This document shows positions 10,031 through 19,600 of a DNA stretch of 64,000 bases, piece after piece. The notes under the pieces were generated by a model. That model did no database searches. It was not told the origin of the DNA and worked only from the letters and a program-made list of their open reading frames with translations. Within the stretch, counting starts at the first letter, position 1, and every line of letters starts with the position of its first letter. Source of the DNA: Candidatus Velthaea sp. (GTDB taxonomy: Bacteria; Vulcanimicrobiota; Vulcanimicrobiia; Vulcanimicrobiales; Vulcanimicrobiaceae); NCBI GenBank assembly GCA_965214935.1, contig CBDCCS010000022.1, positions 32,001-96,000 on the forward strand. The letters are read 5' to 3'. Position numbers and translations under genes: made by a program.

Positions 10031-11359
10031 ATGGAACACGTTATCGCCGCACGCGCACAGATGGGAACGTCATTAGCGTTTCACATCGTGTTCGCTGCTT
10101 TGGGTGTCGGGCTGCCCTTACTCGTTTTTGCCGCCGAGAGTCTATGGCTGCGCACCAAAGATCGTGCGTATTACGACTTGGCGCGCGCGTGGGCGAAGGG
10201 AATGGCGATTTTGTTTGCCGTCGGTGCGGTCTCAGGAACGATCCTATCGTTCGAGCTGGGATTACTTTGGCCCGAATTTATGAAGTACGCCGGCGGCATC
10301 ATCGGCCTGCCGTTCTCACTCGAAGGTTTCGCGTTTTTTATCGAGGCGATCTTCATCGGTCTCTATCTGTACGGTTGGGACCGTTTATCGCCGCGCATGC
10401 ATTGGCTGGCGGCGGTTCCGATCGTCATCAGCGGACCGCTGTCGGCAGCGTTCATCACCATGGCAAACGCCTGGATGCAGATGCCGACCGGCTTTCGCAT
10501 CGTCAACGGCCATGTAAGCAACGTCGCGCCGCTCGTCGCGATGTTTGCCAAACCATGGCGTACCGAAGTCGTTCACGCAACGTTGGCCGCCTATGTATTC
10601 ACGAGCTTCGCCGTAGCGGCGGTTTGCGCGATTGCCTGGCTGCGCGGCGACCGGCGCCGCCTCGTCATCAAAGGCATGCAAGTTGCGATGACCCTTGCGG
10701 CAGTCGCGCTCCCCGTGCAAATGATCGTGGGTGACGTTGCGGCACGCTTCGTATCCGAAAACGAACCGGCGAAATTTGCGGCAATGGAAGCGGTTTACAA
10801 GACCGGCGGCCACGCCCCGATCACCATCGGCGGCATTCCCAGTGCGGACCACATCAGCTACGCAATTCAAATCCCCGAAATGCTCAGCGTGCTCGTCGCG
10901 CTCGATCCGAAAGCCGTGGTCGTCGGCTTCGACCGGATTGCCGACAACGATCGCCCGCCGATCCTCGCAACGCATCTTTCCTTCGATACGATGGTTGGAT
11001 CGGCGTCGGTTCTAACGCTCATCGTCCTAGGTTGGCTGTTCTTCGTCTTCCGCCGCATGCCGCTAACGCGCCCGCTCGGCTTTGCCGTTGCGCTCGGTGC
11101 ACCGCTTTCGCTCGCCGCGTTGGAAGCCGGCTGGTTCGTGACGGAATTCGGGCGGCAGCCATGGATTGCGCGCGGCTTGCTGCGAACCAGCGATGCGGTA
11201 ACCGCTGCGCCCGGCATCGAGCTGCAGTTTTACGGTTTTTCGTTCATCTACGTCGTGCTGGCCGTCATGTGCTGGTGGCTGCTGCGGCGCGTCGATCACG
11301 ATAGCGTCCAGGCCGGCCGGCGCGGTACGTCCGCCGGACGCGCTCCGGCAGCGACATGA
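10031..11359 (+). CDS. cydA: Cytochrome bd ubiquinol oxidase subunit I
   Basis: ARAQ..FHIVF, GAVSG, EGFAFFIEA, ANAWMQ, PAKFAAME, GWFVTEFGRQPW. Confidence 0.96.
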   Translation: MEHVIAARAQMGTSLAFHIVFAALGVGLPLLVFAAESLWLRTKDRAYYDLARAWAKGMAILFAVGAVSGTILSFELGLLWPEFMKYAGGIIGLPFSLEGFAFFIEAIFIGLYLYGWDRLSPRMHWLAAVPIVISGPLSAAFITMANAWMQMPTGFRIVNGHVSNVAPLVAMFAKPWRTEVVHATLAAYVFTSFAVAAVCAIAWLRGDRRRLVIKGMQVAMTLAAVALPVQMIVGDVAARFVSENEPAKFAAMEAVYKTGGHAPITIGGIPSADHISYAIQIPEMLSVLVALDPKAVVVGFDRIADNDRPPILATHLSFDTMVGSASVLTLIVLGWLFFVFRRMPLTRPLGFAVALGAPLSLAALEAGWFVTEFGRQPWIARGLLRTSDAVTAAPGIELQFYGFSFIYVVLAVMCWWLLRRVDHDSVQAGRRGTSAGRAPAAT

Positions 11360-12330
11360 CGCCGGTCGCGCTAGCGGCGCTCGTTGCGCTCGGTGCGCTC
11401 GTCCTCTACGCGGTGTTCGGGGGCGCCGATTTCGGCGGCGGCGTGTGGGATCTGCTTGCATCGGGACCGCGCCGCGATGCGCAACGCACGGCAATTACGG
11501 ACGCCATCGGACCGGTCTGGGAATCGAATCACGTTTGGTTGATTTTCGCCGTGGTAATTTTGTTCACGTGTTTTCCGCCGGCGTTCGCCGACATGGCGAC
11601 CGGTTTAAATGCGCCGTTATCTTTTGCACTCGTCGGCATCGTCATGCGCGGAGCCGCGTTCGTGTTTCGTAATTATGCGACTGATTCGCGGGCACTCGTG
11701 AACGTCTGGACGATCGTCTTCGGAATTGCATCGGTCGTCGCGCCGTTTTGGTTCGGCGATGCAATCGGCGCGCTCGCTACGGGCCGATATGCGTGGTTGT
11801 CGCCGTTTGCCATTTCGACCGGAGTCTTTGCGTTGGCGGTCTGCGCGCAAATTGCCGCCGTCTTTTTAGTCAGCGAAGTCGATGACCCGGCTTTACGCCA
11901 AGACTTCCGGCGACGCGGTATCTTCGCAACCGTCGCGGTGTGGATCGCCGGTCTATTGCCGACGGCGATTGCGTTCACGCACGAGCCGCGGCTCTTCGCC
12001 GGCTTTCTGGGGCTGCCGGCACTCGTTGCGATCGGCAGTGCGATTGTGCTCGGACTCGTGGTCATGTTCGCGCTGACTGCCCGCTGGTCGATCGGCGCGC
12101 GGGTTGCCGTCGGTTGTGAAGCATTGGCGATTTTAGCCGGGTGGTTTGCTGCCCAAGCGCCCGAAATTATTCCCGGCCGCTTCACGTACGTGCAAGCCGC
12201 CTCGAGCGACGCGATGCTCGTTGCCTTTCTCACCGCTGCTGCGATCGGCGCGCTGCTGCTCGTGCCATCCATGTTGCTGCTCTTCGCCGTTTTCAAGGGA
12301 CCGCGCCGAACGCCGACACCGCAAGCGTAG
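11356..12330 (+). CDS. cydB: Cytochrome bd ubiquinol oxidase subunit II
   Basis: GGADFGGG, IGPVWESNHVWL, RGAAF; ATGA overlap with cydA. Confidence 0.95.
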   Translation: MTPVALAALVALGALVLYAVFGGADFGGGVWDLLASGPRRDAQRTAITDAIGPVWESNHVWLIFAVVILFTCFPPAFADMATGLNAPLSFALVGIVMRGAAFVFRNYATDSRALVNVWTIVFGIASVVAPFWFGDAIGALATGRYAWLSPFAISTGVFALAVCAQIAAVFLVSEVDDPALRQDFRRRGIFATVAVWIAGLLPTAIAFTHEPRLFAGFLGLPALVAIGSAIVLGLVVMFALTARWSIGARVAVGCEALAILAGWFAAQAPEIIPGRFTYVQAASSDAMLVAFLTAAAIGALLLVPSMLLLFAVFKGPRRTPTPQA

Positions 12331-12405
12331 CAACGCCGATAATCCGTCGAAATCGGCAGATCGATCGACGCCAGATATCGTGGGTGAATAATCGTACGGC
12401 GGGAA

Positions 12406-13431
12406 ATGCAAAGAGGTATGAAGATCGATCGACCCGCCTTTCTCGCCGCGGCTGCAGCGGTCGCCGGACAAGCCGCACTGGGACGCGCTGCAAATGCGAT
12501 GACGGCTTCGAGCCCCTTACCAAAACGCCGGCTCGGCCGAACGAATGCAATGGTTACCATCATCGGCATGGGCGGCTTTCATATCGGCAAAGCCGACCTA
12601 CCGGCGGGCGATGCCGTGATGCTCATACATGCCGGCATCGATCGCGGGATTACTTTCATGGACAATTCATGGGATTATAACTCGGGTGCAAGTGAACTAC
12701 GCATGGGTCAAGCGCTCAACGTCGGCGGTTATCGGGATAAAGTCTTTCTGATGACCAAGATTGACGGCCGAACGAAATCGGCTGCACAAAAACAGATCGA
12801 GCAGTCGCTGTCGCGGCTCTTAACCGACCGCATCGATCTGGTGCAAGTGCACGAGAACATACGACCCGATGATGCCGATCGGGTGTTTGCACCCGGTGGT
12901 GCCATCGAAGCGCTTATCGAAGCGAAAAAAGCCGGCAAGATCCGTTTCATCGGTTTTACCGGACATAAGACTCCGGCGTATCACTTGCACATGATCGACG
13001 TTGCGACGAAAAACGGCTTTACGTTCGACACCGTACAGATGCCCCTTAATGTCATGGATGCGCACTATAACAGCTTTGAAAAGCTCGTTCTCCCGGTGGC
13101 CGAGAAACTCGATATGGGTGTGATCGGAATGAAGACCTTCGGCGATCATCATATTCTCGATACCGGCCTTGTCGATCCGGTCAGTATGCTGCATTACGGT
13201 ATGAATCTTCCGACCAGTGTCGTCGTCACCGGTATCGATAAGCCGGCAGTGCTCGACCAGGCAATCGTCGCAGCAACGACGTTCCGTCCGCTTAGCGACG
13301 CTCAAGTCGCCGCCATCTTGTCGAAGACGGCACAAGTCGCTTCCACAGGCTCGACCGAACTCTACAAGACGACGCACGTGTTCGATGGTACGATACAAAA
13401 CCCGCAATGGCTCGAAGCAGCGCAGGTCTAG
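12406..13431 (+). CDS. Aldo/keto reductase with Tat-like leader
   Basis: LPKRRLGRT, DNSWDY, FLMTK, SLSRL.TD.IDLVQVH, GKIRFIGFTGH, MK. Confidence 0.9.
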   Translation: MQRGMKIDRPAFLAAAAAVAGQAALGRAANAMTASSPLPKRRLGRTNAMVTIIGMGGFHIGKADLPAGDAVMLIHAGIDRGITFMDNSWDYNSGASELRMGQALNVGGYRDKVFLMTKIDGRTKSAAQKQIEQSLSRLLTDRIDLVQVHENIRPDDADRVFAPGGAIEALIEAKKAGKIRFIGFTGHKTPAYHLHMIDVATKNGFTFDTVQMPLNVMDAHYNSFEKLVLPVAEKLDMGVIGMKTFGDHHILDTGLVDPVSMLHYGMNLPTSVVVTGIDKPAVLDQAIVAATTFRPLSDAQVAAILSKTAQVASTGSTELYKTTHVFDGTIQNPQWLEAAQV

Positions 13432-13479
13432 GTGCATCACGATTAAACGCTAGCCCGGACGTCCGTTAATTTTCGGCAA

Positions 13480-13518
13480 ATCGGCGAACACGCTACGTGT
13501 GCTCGCCGGTTTTTTTTT
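13480..13518 (+). terminator. Intrinsic terminator after the aldo/keto reductase gene
   Basis: CGGCGA-ACACG / CGTGT-(GC)-TCGCCG stem followed by a run of 9 T. Confidence 0.8.
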
Positions 13519-13791
13519 GCCGATATCATGCACGTCGTCGTCGGCAAACCGAGCACGGCGCGCGCAAGCAGCGCAGCGCGCGCTGTTGCTCGCCAAGGCA
13601 AGTGAGTTAAATCTGCGCAACGGCTCAGTGCGTTTAGTAGAGCATCGCAAATAAAGACCAACATTTGCGGCCCGCGATGATCGAGTTCGTTATGTAAATT
13701 TCTGTCATTGATTACGCATTGGGCTTCGATGTGCTTAACAGCATGCATCAGTGCGCCACCTTCACTCACTTGTAATTAAAGGAACACTAAC

Positions 13792-14019
13792 ATGTCATCT
13801 CTGCTCTCGATTTTTCTTGCGCTTTCGTCAATGCTCGGAGTGCAGTCAGGGTCGAACGGACCTAGCGCAATGACGCAGCGCAATGCTGCATTGTCCGGCG
13901 GCGGACCGGTCGGCAGAACGGCCGATAGCGGCGGCGGCCCTGTGGGTAAAATAAACGTAAGCGGTGGCGGCCCGGTCGGCAAAAGCAAGAAGAGCGGCGG
14001 CGGTCCTGTGGGCAAATAA
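13792..14019 (+). CDS. 75-aa secreted-type precursor peptide with four SGGGPVG[K/R] cassettes
   Basis: AAAGGAA SD 13778-13784; hydrophobic leader LLSIFLALSSMLGV; four cores at 11-aa spacing that differ only by synonymous codons. Confidence 0.8.
   Translation: MSSLLSIFLALSSMLGVQSGSNGPSAMTQRNAALSGGGPVGRTADSGGGPVGKINVSGGGPVGKSKKSGGGPVGK
13894..14016 (+). repeat. 33-bp-period coding tandem repeat (4 units)
   Basis: Units begin 13894, 13927, 13960, 13993; each encodes SGGGPVG followed by R/K. Confidence 0.95.
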
Positions 14020-14069
14020 GCGGTGATTTGACGAGCGCAGCGTACCGATCGTACGCTGCTCGTCGCTTA
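14017..14069 (+). terminator. Strong stem-loop downstream of the peptide gene (terminator or mRNA stabiliser)
   Basis: GACGA-(GC)-GCAGCGTAC / GTACGCTGC-TCGTC with CGATC loop, extendable by TAAGC/GCTTA; no U-tract. Confidence 0.55.
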
Positions 14070-14147
14070 CTCGAACGACAACCCAAGGCTGCAACGGTTA
14101 AGTTTTCTCCGATACTGAAAAGTCGAAAGGCTCTCGGTTAATTTAAG

Positions 14148-15821
14148 TTGGAAACATTAGGTGTCGTGTTAGCCAGCAATGAGTCGCCGCTTAGCACTTC
14201 TATCGGCGGCCTACAAGCGAATGGTAGTTCCGATACGGCCGTAGCTTGTATCGCCGAAGCACTTCAGCTTTGGAGCGCCGGTAACTTCGATGCCTGCATC
14301 GAAGAAACGGGGAAGCTGGCACTCAACAGCCATACGTCCGAGAGCATTTTTATTCGAGCACGCGCATTGCTGCGTGTGAATCGCGCGGCTGACGCCGAGA
14401 CGTGGCTTCGCATGATGCAGTCGCATCATCCGACCGAAGACGCGCTTGCCACGCATAACATGCTCTTGGGTAACGCCTGCGCACGGCTCAATGATTTCCA
14501 GCACGCAACCACGCTGTTCGACCGCGCACGATCGGTCGCGCCGCATCCGTCGATCGTTGCCGAAACGGCCTATTATCACGCTTTAGCGCTTTGGCAGTCG
14601 AGGGATTTCCGTGCGGCGCGCAAGATACTGCAGCCGGCATTGGCCGCCAAGCAAGATTTTATCTCGGCCCGTTCCGAGCAGTTACTTGGCTTCATTGCCA
14701 TTGCCGAGGGCAAGTTCGAAGAAGCCTGCACGCACTTTTGGTCGGGACTTGAATCGCTCAAAGGCTGCGTCGCTCGCGATCTCCATCTCGAAGCGACCAT
14801 TCTCCATCAACTTTCGATTTGCGGCTCCGAAGCCGTACTGTCGCATCCGCGGCAAATCGACGAACGTGTCCACAGTTTGCAGTGGACGGCGAATCTCGTT
14901 ATGGAGCAGGTGCAAACGCTGCGTCACATTGGGCTGGCGTACGCCCGATTGGGCGATTCGCAAACCGCCATTACGCGCTTCATTGAAGCCGGCGACGTCA
15001 TGCCGTGTTCGCCTTGGGCCGTTATCGGTTATACAGAAGCTGCGAATTTGTGCTATCAGCTTGATGAACCGGTCGGCGCAGGCGGCTATCTGCGTATCGC
15101 GCGCCTGGTCGCCGATCGACATGTCCGCTGGCAGGGCATCGACGGTGAAGGCCGGCTTGCACTGCTTCAATTAGCAACCGTCGTTGCGCGCAGCGGCGAT
15201 GGTGAACAGGCCCAGAGATACCTCGATCATTACCATGAAACCGAGCGGCCCGGTTCCGGGCTTCCGACGTTGAGCGCCCTGCATCTCGACCTGCGCCTTC
15301 AATGCTTCGAGCGACACGCGCAAGGTGTCGTTCACGGGGCGCGACGGCTCAACGACGCGTCGGCCTTACTTTCGGACGTTGCGTCGGCGTGGCAACGTCT
15401 CAAATACTGTTTTCGAGCCGATGAGGCGCGGAACGACACGCGCATGATTACGCACCGCTCGTATAGCTACGTTGCGCCAAGTCCGCAAACGAACGGCGTT
15501 GCAAACGACGAACGCGACATCGCCGTTTCGGCAGCGGCGTTGCCCGCGTCCGCGACGGTCAAAGAACGTAAAACGTCATACTGTTTCGGGCCCGAGCGCA
15601 CGAAGCGTATTACGATAACGGAGCGCCAAGACGCGGTCATTCGATTGATCGTTACCGGCCGCTCGATCGAGGACATCGCTGACGAACTCGGCCTTCAGCC
15701 CAAGACCGTGCGCAATCACCTGAGCAATCTGTATGTCATGTTCGGCGTCGACGGTCAGTTGCAGCTCGTTGCTACGATCTGGAGCGATCCGTCTTTGCGT
15801 AGATGCTTTGCCGCAGCTTAG
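14148..15821 (+). CDS. TPR-repeat protein with C-terminal LuxR-type HTH
   Basis: TPR-like helices (LLGNACARLNDFQHATTLFDRA, LLGFIAIAEGKFEEA, HIGLAYARLGDSQTAITRF); ITERQDAVIRLIVTGRSIEDIADELGLQPKTVRNHLSNLY; start uncertain. Confidence 0.88.
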   Translation: METLGVVLASNESPLSTSIGGLQANGSSDTAVACIAEALQLWSAGNFDACIEETGKLALNSHTSESIFIRARALLRVNRAADAETWLRMMQSHHPTEDALATHNMLLGNACARLNDFQHATTLFDRARSVAPHPSIVAETAYYHALALWQSRDFRAARKILQPALAAKQDFISARSEQLLGFIAIAEGKFEEACTHFWSGLESLKGCVARDLHLEATILHQLSICGSEAVLSHPRQIDERVHSLQWTANLVMEQVQTLRHIGLAYARLGDSQTAITRFIEAGDVMPCSPWAVIGYTEAANLCYQLDEPVGAGGYLRIARLVADRHVRWQGIDGEGRLALLQLATVVARSGDGEQAQRYLDHYHETERPGSGLPTLSALHLDLRLQCFERHAQGVVHGARRLNDASALLSDVASAWQRLKYCFRADEARNDTRMITHRSYSYVAPSPQTNGVANDERDIAVSAAALPASATVKERKTSYCFGPERTKRITITERQDAVIRLIVTGRSIEDIADELGLQPKTVRNHLSNLYVMFGVDGQLQLVATIWSDPSLRRCFAAA

Positions 15822-16306
15822 TCGCCGCTAACGCAGCAGCGCGCACCGGCCGGGACACAACCGGGACAGTTGCCCATAGAAACGCGATCGTCATAACCGG
15901 ATCGGCGGAACTCAGCGGTAGATGCCCCTGGTCCGGCGCACGTTGCGCCGTTACGATAAGTGAAATCCTTATCGACCGCCGTTGCGGCGCAGGTGGCAGC
16001 TACGAGTCTCACGTCACGAATTCTCCAAGCGGACCTGCCGGCCGGTTCGGCGCCTTTCCGTAACGTACAAACACACGCTGCGCTTCGCCGTGTTTCGCCG
16101 CTACCGCTCGCGACGATCGCGGCAACCGCGCTGTTCGAGGCGGATGCTCGCAATTCGACGGCAGCGGCCTATCCGATACGAAAGCAGCGCTTATGCAAAC
16201 GTTGGGAGATTCAAAGGCGCATTCGACGAATCGTACCTGCCCGCACGTCCGGCGCTTTACGTGCGTTGTCCCACCGTCTCGTCATGCGCGGGCGTTGAAC
16301 TAAGCA

Positions 16307-16618
16307 ATGCTGCTTCCGGAACGCAACAGCGCGATTCTACCCGTGTTAACGCAGTGGGCGCAAAACGCGATCGTCATTCTCGAGCTTGAAGTAAACGATC
16401 GCGATCTGCGCGCGTTTACGCACACTCAGCGCCAAGCGGCAATCTCGAATTTCATTGCCAATCTGCTCCATCTCGCCGAACGTGAAGGTTTCGATGCCGA
16501 CGCAATTTATCGCAGCGGGTTGGCAACCTTCGCGAACGAGCGCAGAGCGCCGATGCCCTCACCATACGCGGCAAGCAGCCCGCGCACGACCGCCCGCGTT
16601 GCAACGGCAATCGAATAA
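16307..16618 (+). CDS. Hypothetical protein
   Basis: Protein-like helical ORF (ISNFIANLLHLAEREGFD) with ATG start, convergent with SNF2 gene. Confidence 0.55.
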   Translation: MLLPERNSAILPVLTQWAQNAIVILELEVNDRDLRAFTHTQRQAAISNFIANLLHLAEREGFDADAIYRSGLATFANERRAPMPSPYAASSPRTTARVATAIE

Positions 16619-16640
16619 CGTGCGGCCCAAACGGCGCCCG

Positions 16641-19600
16641 CTATTCAGGATCGGCGAAGAGTAGTTCGAGATCGTCGCGCGTGAGCGACTTCGCGACGGC
16701 ACTATCGGCTTTGATGACCGCCTTCGAAAGCGCGCTCTTACGTTCGGCCAGCGCGCGAATCTTTTCTTCCACCGAACCGGCAGTGACCATGCGATAGGCG
16801 GTTACGGGCCGTGTTTGCCCGATCCGGTGCGTTCGGTCGATGGCTTGCCGTTCGACAGCGGGATTCCACCACGGATCGTACAGCACGACGTAATCGGCAG
16901 CCGTCAATGTAAGACCGACGCCGCCGGCTTTGAGCGAACACAGGAACACGGGTGGTCCGGCCGGATCCATGAAACGCTCGACTTCCGCTTGACGGTCGCG
17001 ATCCTTGGTCGATCCATCAAGGTAGCCGTAGCCGATCGAGCGCTTATCCATTGCGCCGCGCATGATCTTGAGCATCGAGGCAAAAGCGCTGAACACGAGC
17101 ACGCGATGGCCGCCCGACAACACTTCTTCGACCGTCTCTAAAAACGCATCGAACTTACCGCTCGCCTCGGGTTCATCGATGTACGACGGGACGATCAAAC
17201 CCGGATGTGCGCACACTTGGCGCAAGCGCGTGAGCGCCGCCAGCACATGAACGCTCGCACCCTCGATCGCTCCATCTTCATCGAGCTTTGCCAGCACATC
17301 GCGCCGCGCGGCCTCGGCGATGCCGCGATACAACCGGCGCTGCAACGGTGACAGCTCGCATTCGATAATTTGCTCGGTCCGCTCGGGCAACTCGCGCGCG
17401 ACATCTTCTTTGGTGCGGCGCAGCACGAACGGTTCGAGCCGCGAGCGCAAAGCATGCGCCGCTTTTTCATCGCCTTCACCGATCGGGTGTTCGAACCGCC
17501 GTCGAAATGACGACTCGGAACCGAGTAAACCCGGTTCGACGAAGGCAAAGATCGCCCACAAGTCACGCAGCGAATTTTCGACCGGCGTACCGGTCAGCGC
17601 CAAACGGTGATGCGCGTTGAGATTGCGAACGACTTTGGCGATCTGCGAACTCGGGTTCTTGGCATTCTGCGCTTCATCGAGAATGAGCGTCCGAAACGTA
17701 AAGCGTTCGAGTTGGGCGGCATCGAGCCGGGCCAGAGCGTACGACGTGATGATCACGTCGTGATGTTGAATTTCCTCAAAGCGCTGCGCGCGTTCGGCAC
17801 CCGACTGTAAACGCAAAATGCTTAGTTCGGGTGCAAAGCGGTTTATTTCGCTTTCCCATGTATGCGTAACGGATGTCGGCGCAATGACCAGCGACGGTGC
17901 CGCGCCTTCGTCCTGTTTACGTTTAAGTAAATAGGTCACGACTTGTAGCGTCTTACCTAAGCCCATTTCATCGGCTAAGATGCCGCCGAATTGAAACGAG
18001 CTTAAATATGATAGAAAGTCTAAGCCGCGGCGCTGATAGCCGCGTAAGGTATCTTTGAGCGCTTCGGGCGGTTCGACTTCTTCGATGCCTGCGAACTCGC
18101 GCAAACGGTCACGCAGCCGTTCAACTTCTTGCGGCAGCGTGACGTTGGCGAAGCTCTCGTGCAGTTCATCGCGCAAAGCGACGAGCGCAGCTAGTCCGTT
18201 GCGTTTGCGATCGGTGATATCGCTGAGCAAGTTGCTTTGGCTGCGCAGTTTCGCTACGTCGAAAAGCTTACCGCGTACTTCGGCATACCGGCCGCTCGAG
18301 GCGAGCAATGCAGCGAGTTCTTTCGGCGTAAGCGGCTCGCCGCCGCCGACGAACACATCGACGTTGAGCTCGAACCAGTCGTTACTTTCACCTTCGGTCG
18401 CCGACGGCCGCGCGGAGACCGCAATATCGATGGCATCGCCTTCGCCGGTAAGCGCGCTGAGCGACTCGTCGAGACGCACTTCGACATCGTCCCACTCGGG
18501 CAGCGAATCGCGGATGAGCGTCGCTGCGCGTTCGGCATCGTAAAGCGCAAAACCATCGCCGCCGCGGGGTACGAAGCCGGCATCGATAAAGCGTTTGGCA
18601 AACGCTTGGGCAGCGGCCGGTGCGAAGCGAATGAACCGGCCTTCGATCGAGGCGATACCGCCGTGCGTCGAGAACGGCGCGCGGCCGCCGGTGCCTTTGT
18701 CGATGAACGAAAGCCGCGCGAAGAGCGCGCCGTCACGCCAGGCCATACGAGCGGCAAGCGCGGGACTGATGGCATCGACGACGCCCAGCGCAGCCCGGTC
18801 GTCGGCCGTCAAGAACGCCGCGACGCGGGCGATCGCCGACGTCGACGGAGCGTGAGGAATGATTCCGTTGGTCGTGGGAACCGCATCCGCGGCGCTGATC
18901 GCCCGCCGAACGTCGAACGATCCGTCAAGCAGATACGCAACGCGATCGGCAATAAGCCAACGCGGCGGCCCGTCGATAACGAGCGCTCCGGCAGGTGAGA
19001 AGCGCGAGCCGTCGGCCCGTTCGAGCTTTGGTACGAAGCGTTCGGCATACCGCGCGGCGCGCAGCCGGACACCGCGCAGGTCGATCGAGAACGCTTGCAA
19101 CTCGGCAGGATGCCGATTTTCACCCGGACGATCGTCGAAGCGCAGCCGCGGATGGCGCGTCAGGCGGAACATCGCGCGCGCCAGGGCTTTCGTCGAAAGC
19201 CGCGAGCCGAAAGCTTCTTGAACGGCTTCGTCGCGGATCAATTCGCGATCCGCATCATCCCAATCGTCGGGCGGTGTCGATTCCATCATCGAAAGGATCG
19301 ATTCGGCATCCCGGATGACGCCGCGCAACCGCGGAGTATCGAGATACAAAGCGCCGGTGACGGTTTTGCCGTCGGCACAGCCGAGCACCGGCCAAACACT
19401 GCGCGCGCGCGGCCGGCCCGATTCCATTTCAGTGTCGGGCAGCCAAGCGTAATCTTCGTCATCGTCCGGAATGCCGCCGGCGACCGCCGGCAACGGCGCG
19501 GCACTCGTCGTGCGGACGGTTTCGAGCGTCGCGACGACATGCTCGCAAATGCCCGTTACACCGCACGTGCACAAGCTGCGCAAGGCTTGCGGCCCGGTTC

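Noticed and set aside
13443..13769. 108-aa minus-strand ORF upstream of the peptide gene
   Set aside because: Runs through a terminator and poly-T tract; no motif; more likely promoter DNA
13776..14015. Minus-strand 79-aa ORF with PTGPPP repeats
   Set aside because: Antisense shadow of the SGGGPVG gene; the + frame has the SD, ATG, leader and downstream hairpin
13894..14016. 33-bp periodic repeats as a mini-CRISPR array
   Set aside because: Spacers are only ~12 bp, variation is codon-synonymous, and there are no cas genes
15818..16389. Overlapping ORFs including a Cys-rich 111-aa minus-strand ORF
   Set aside because: No SD, motif or codon pattern favours any frame; left unannotated
17800..18060. 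Local AT-richer patch inside the SNF2 gene
   Set aside because: Frame and helicase motifs are intact; no insertion boundaries visible
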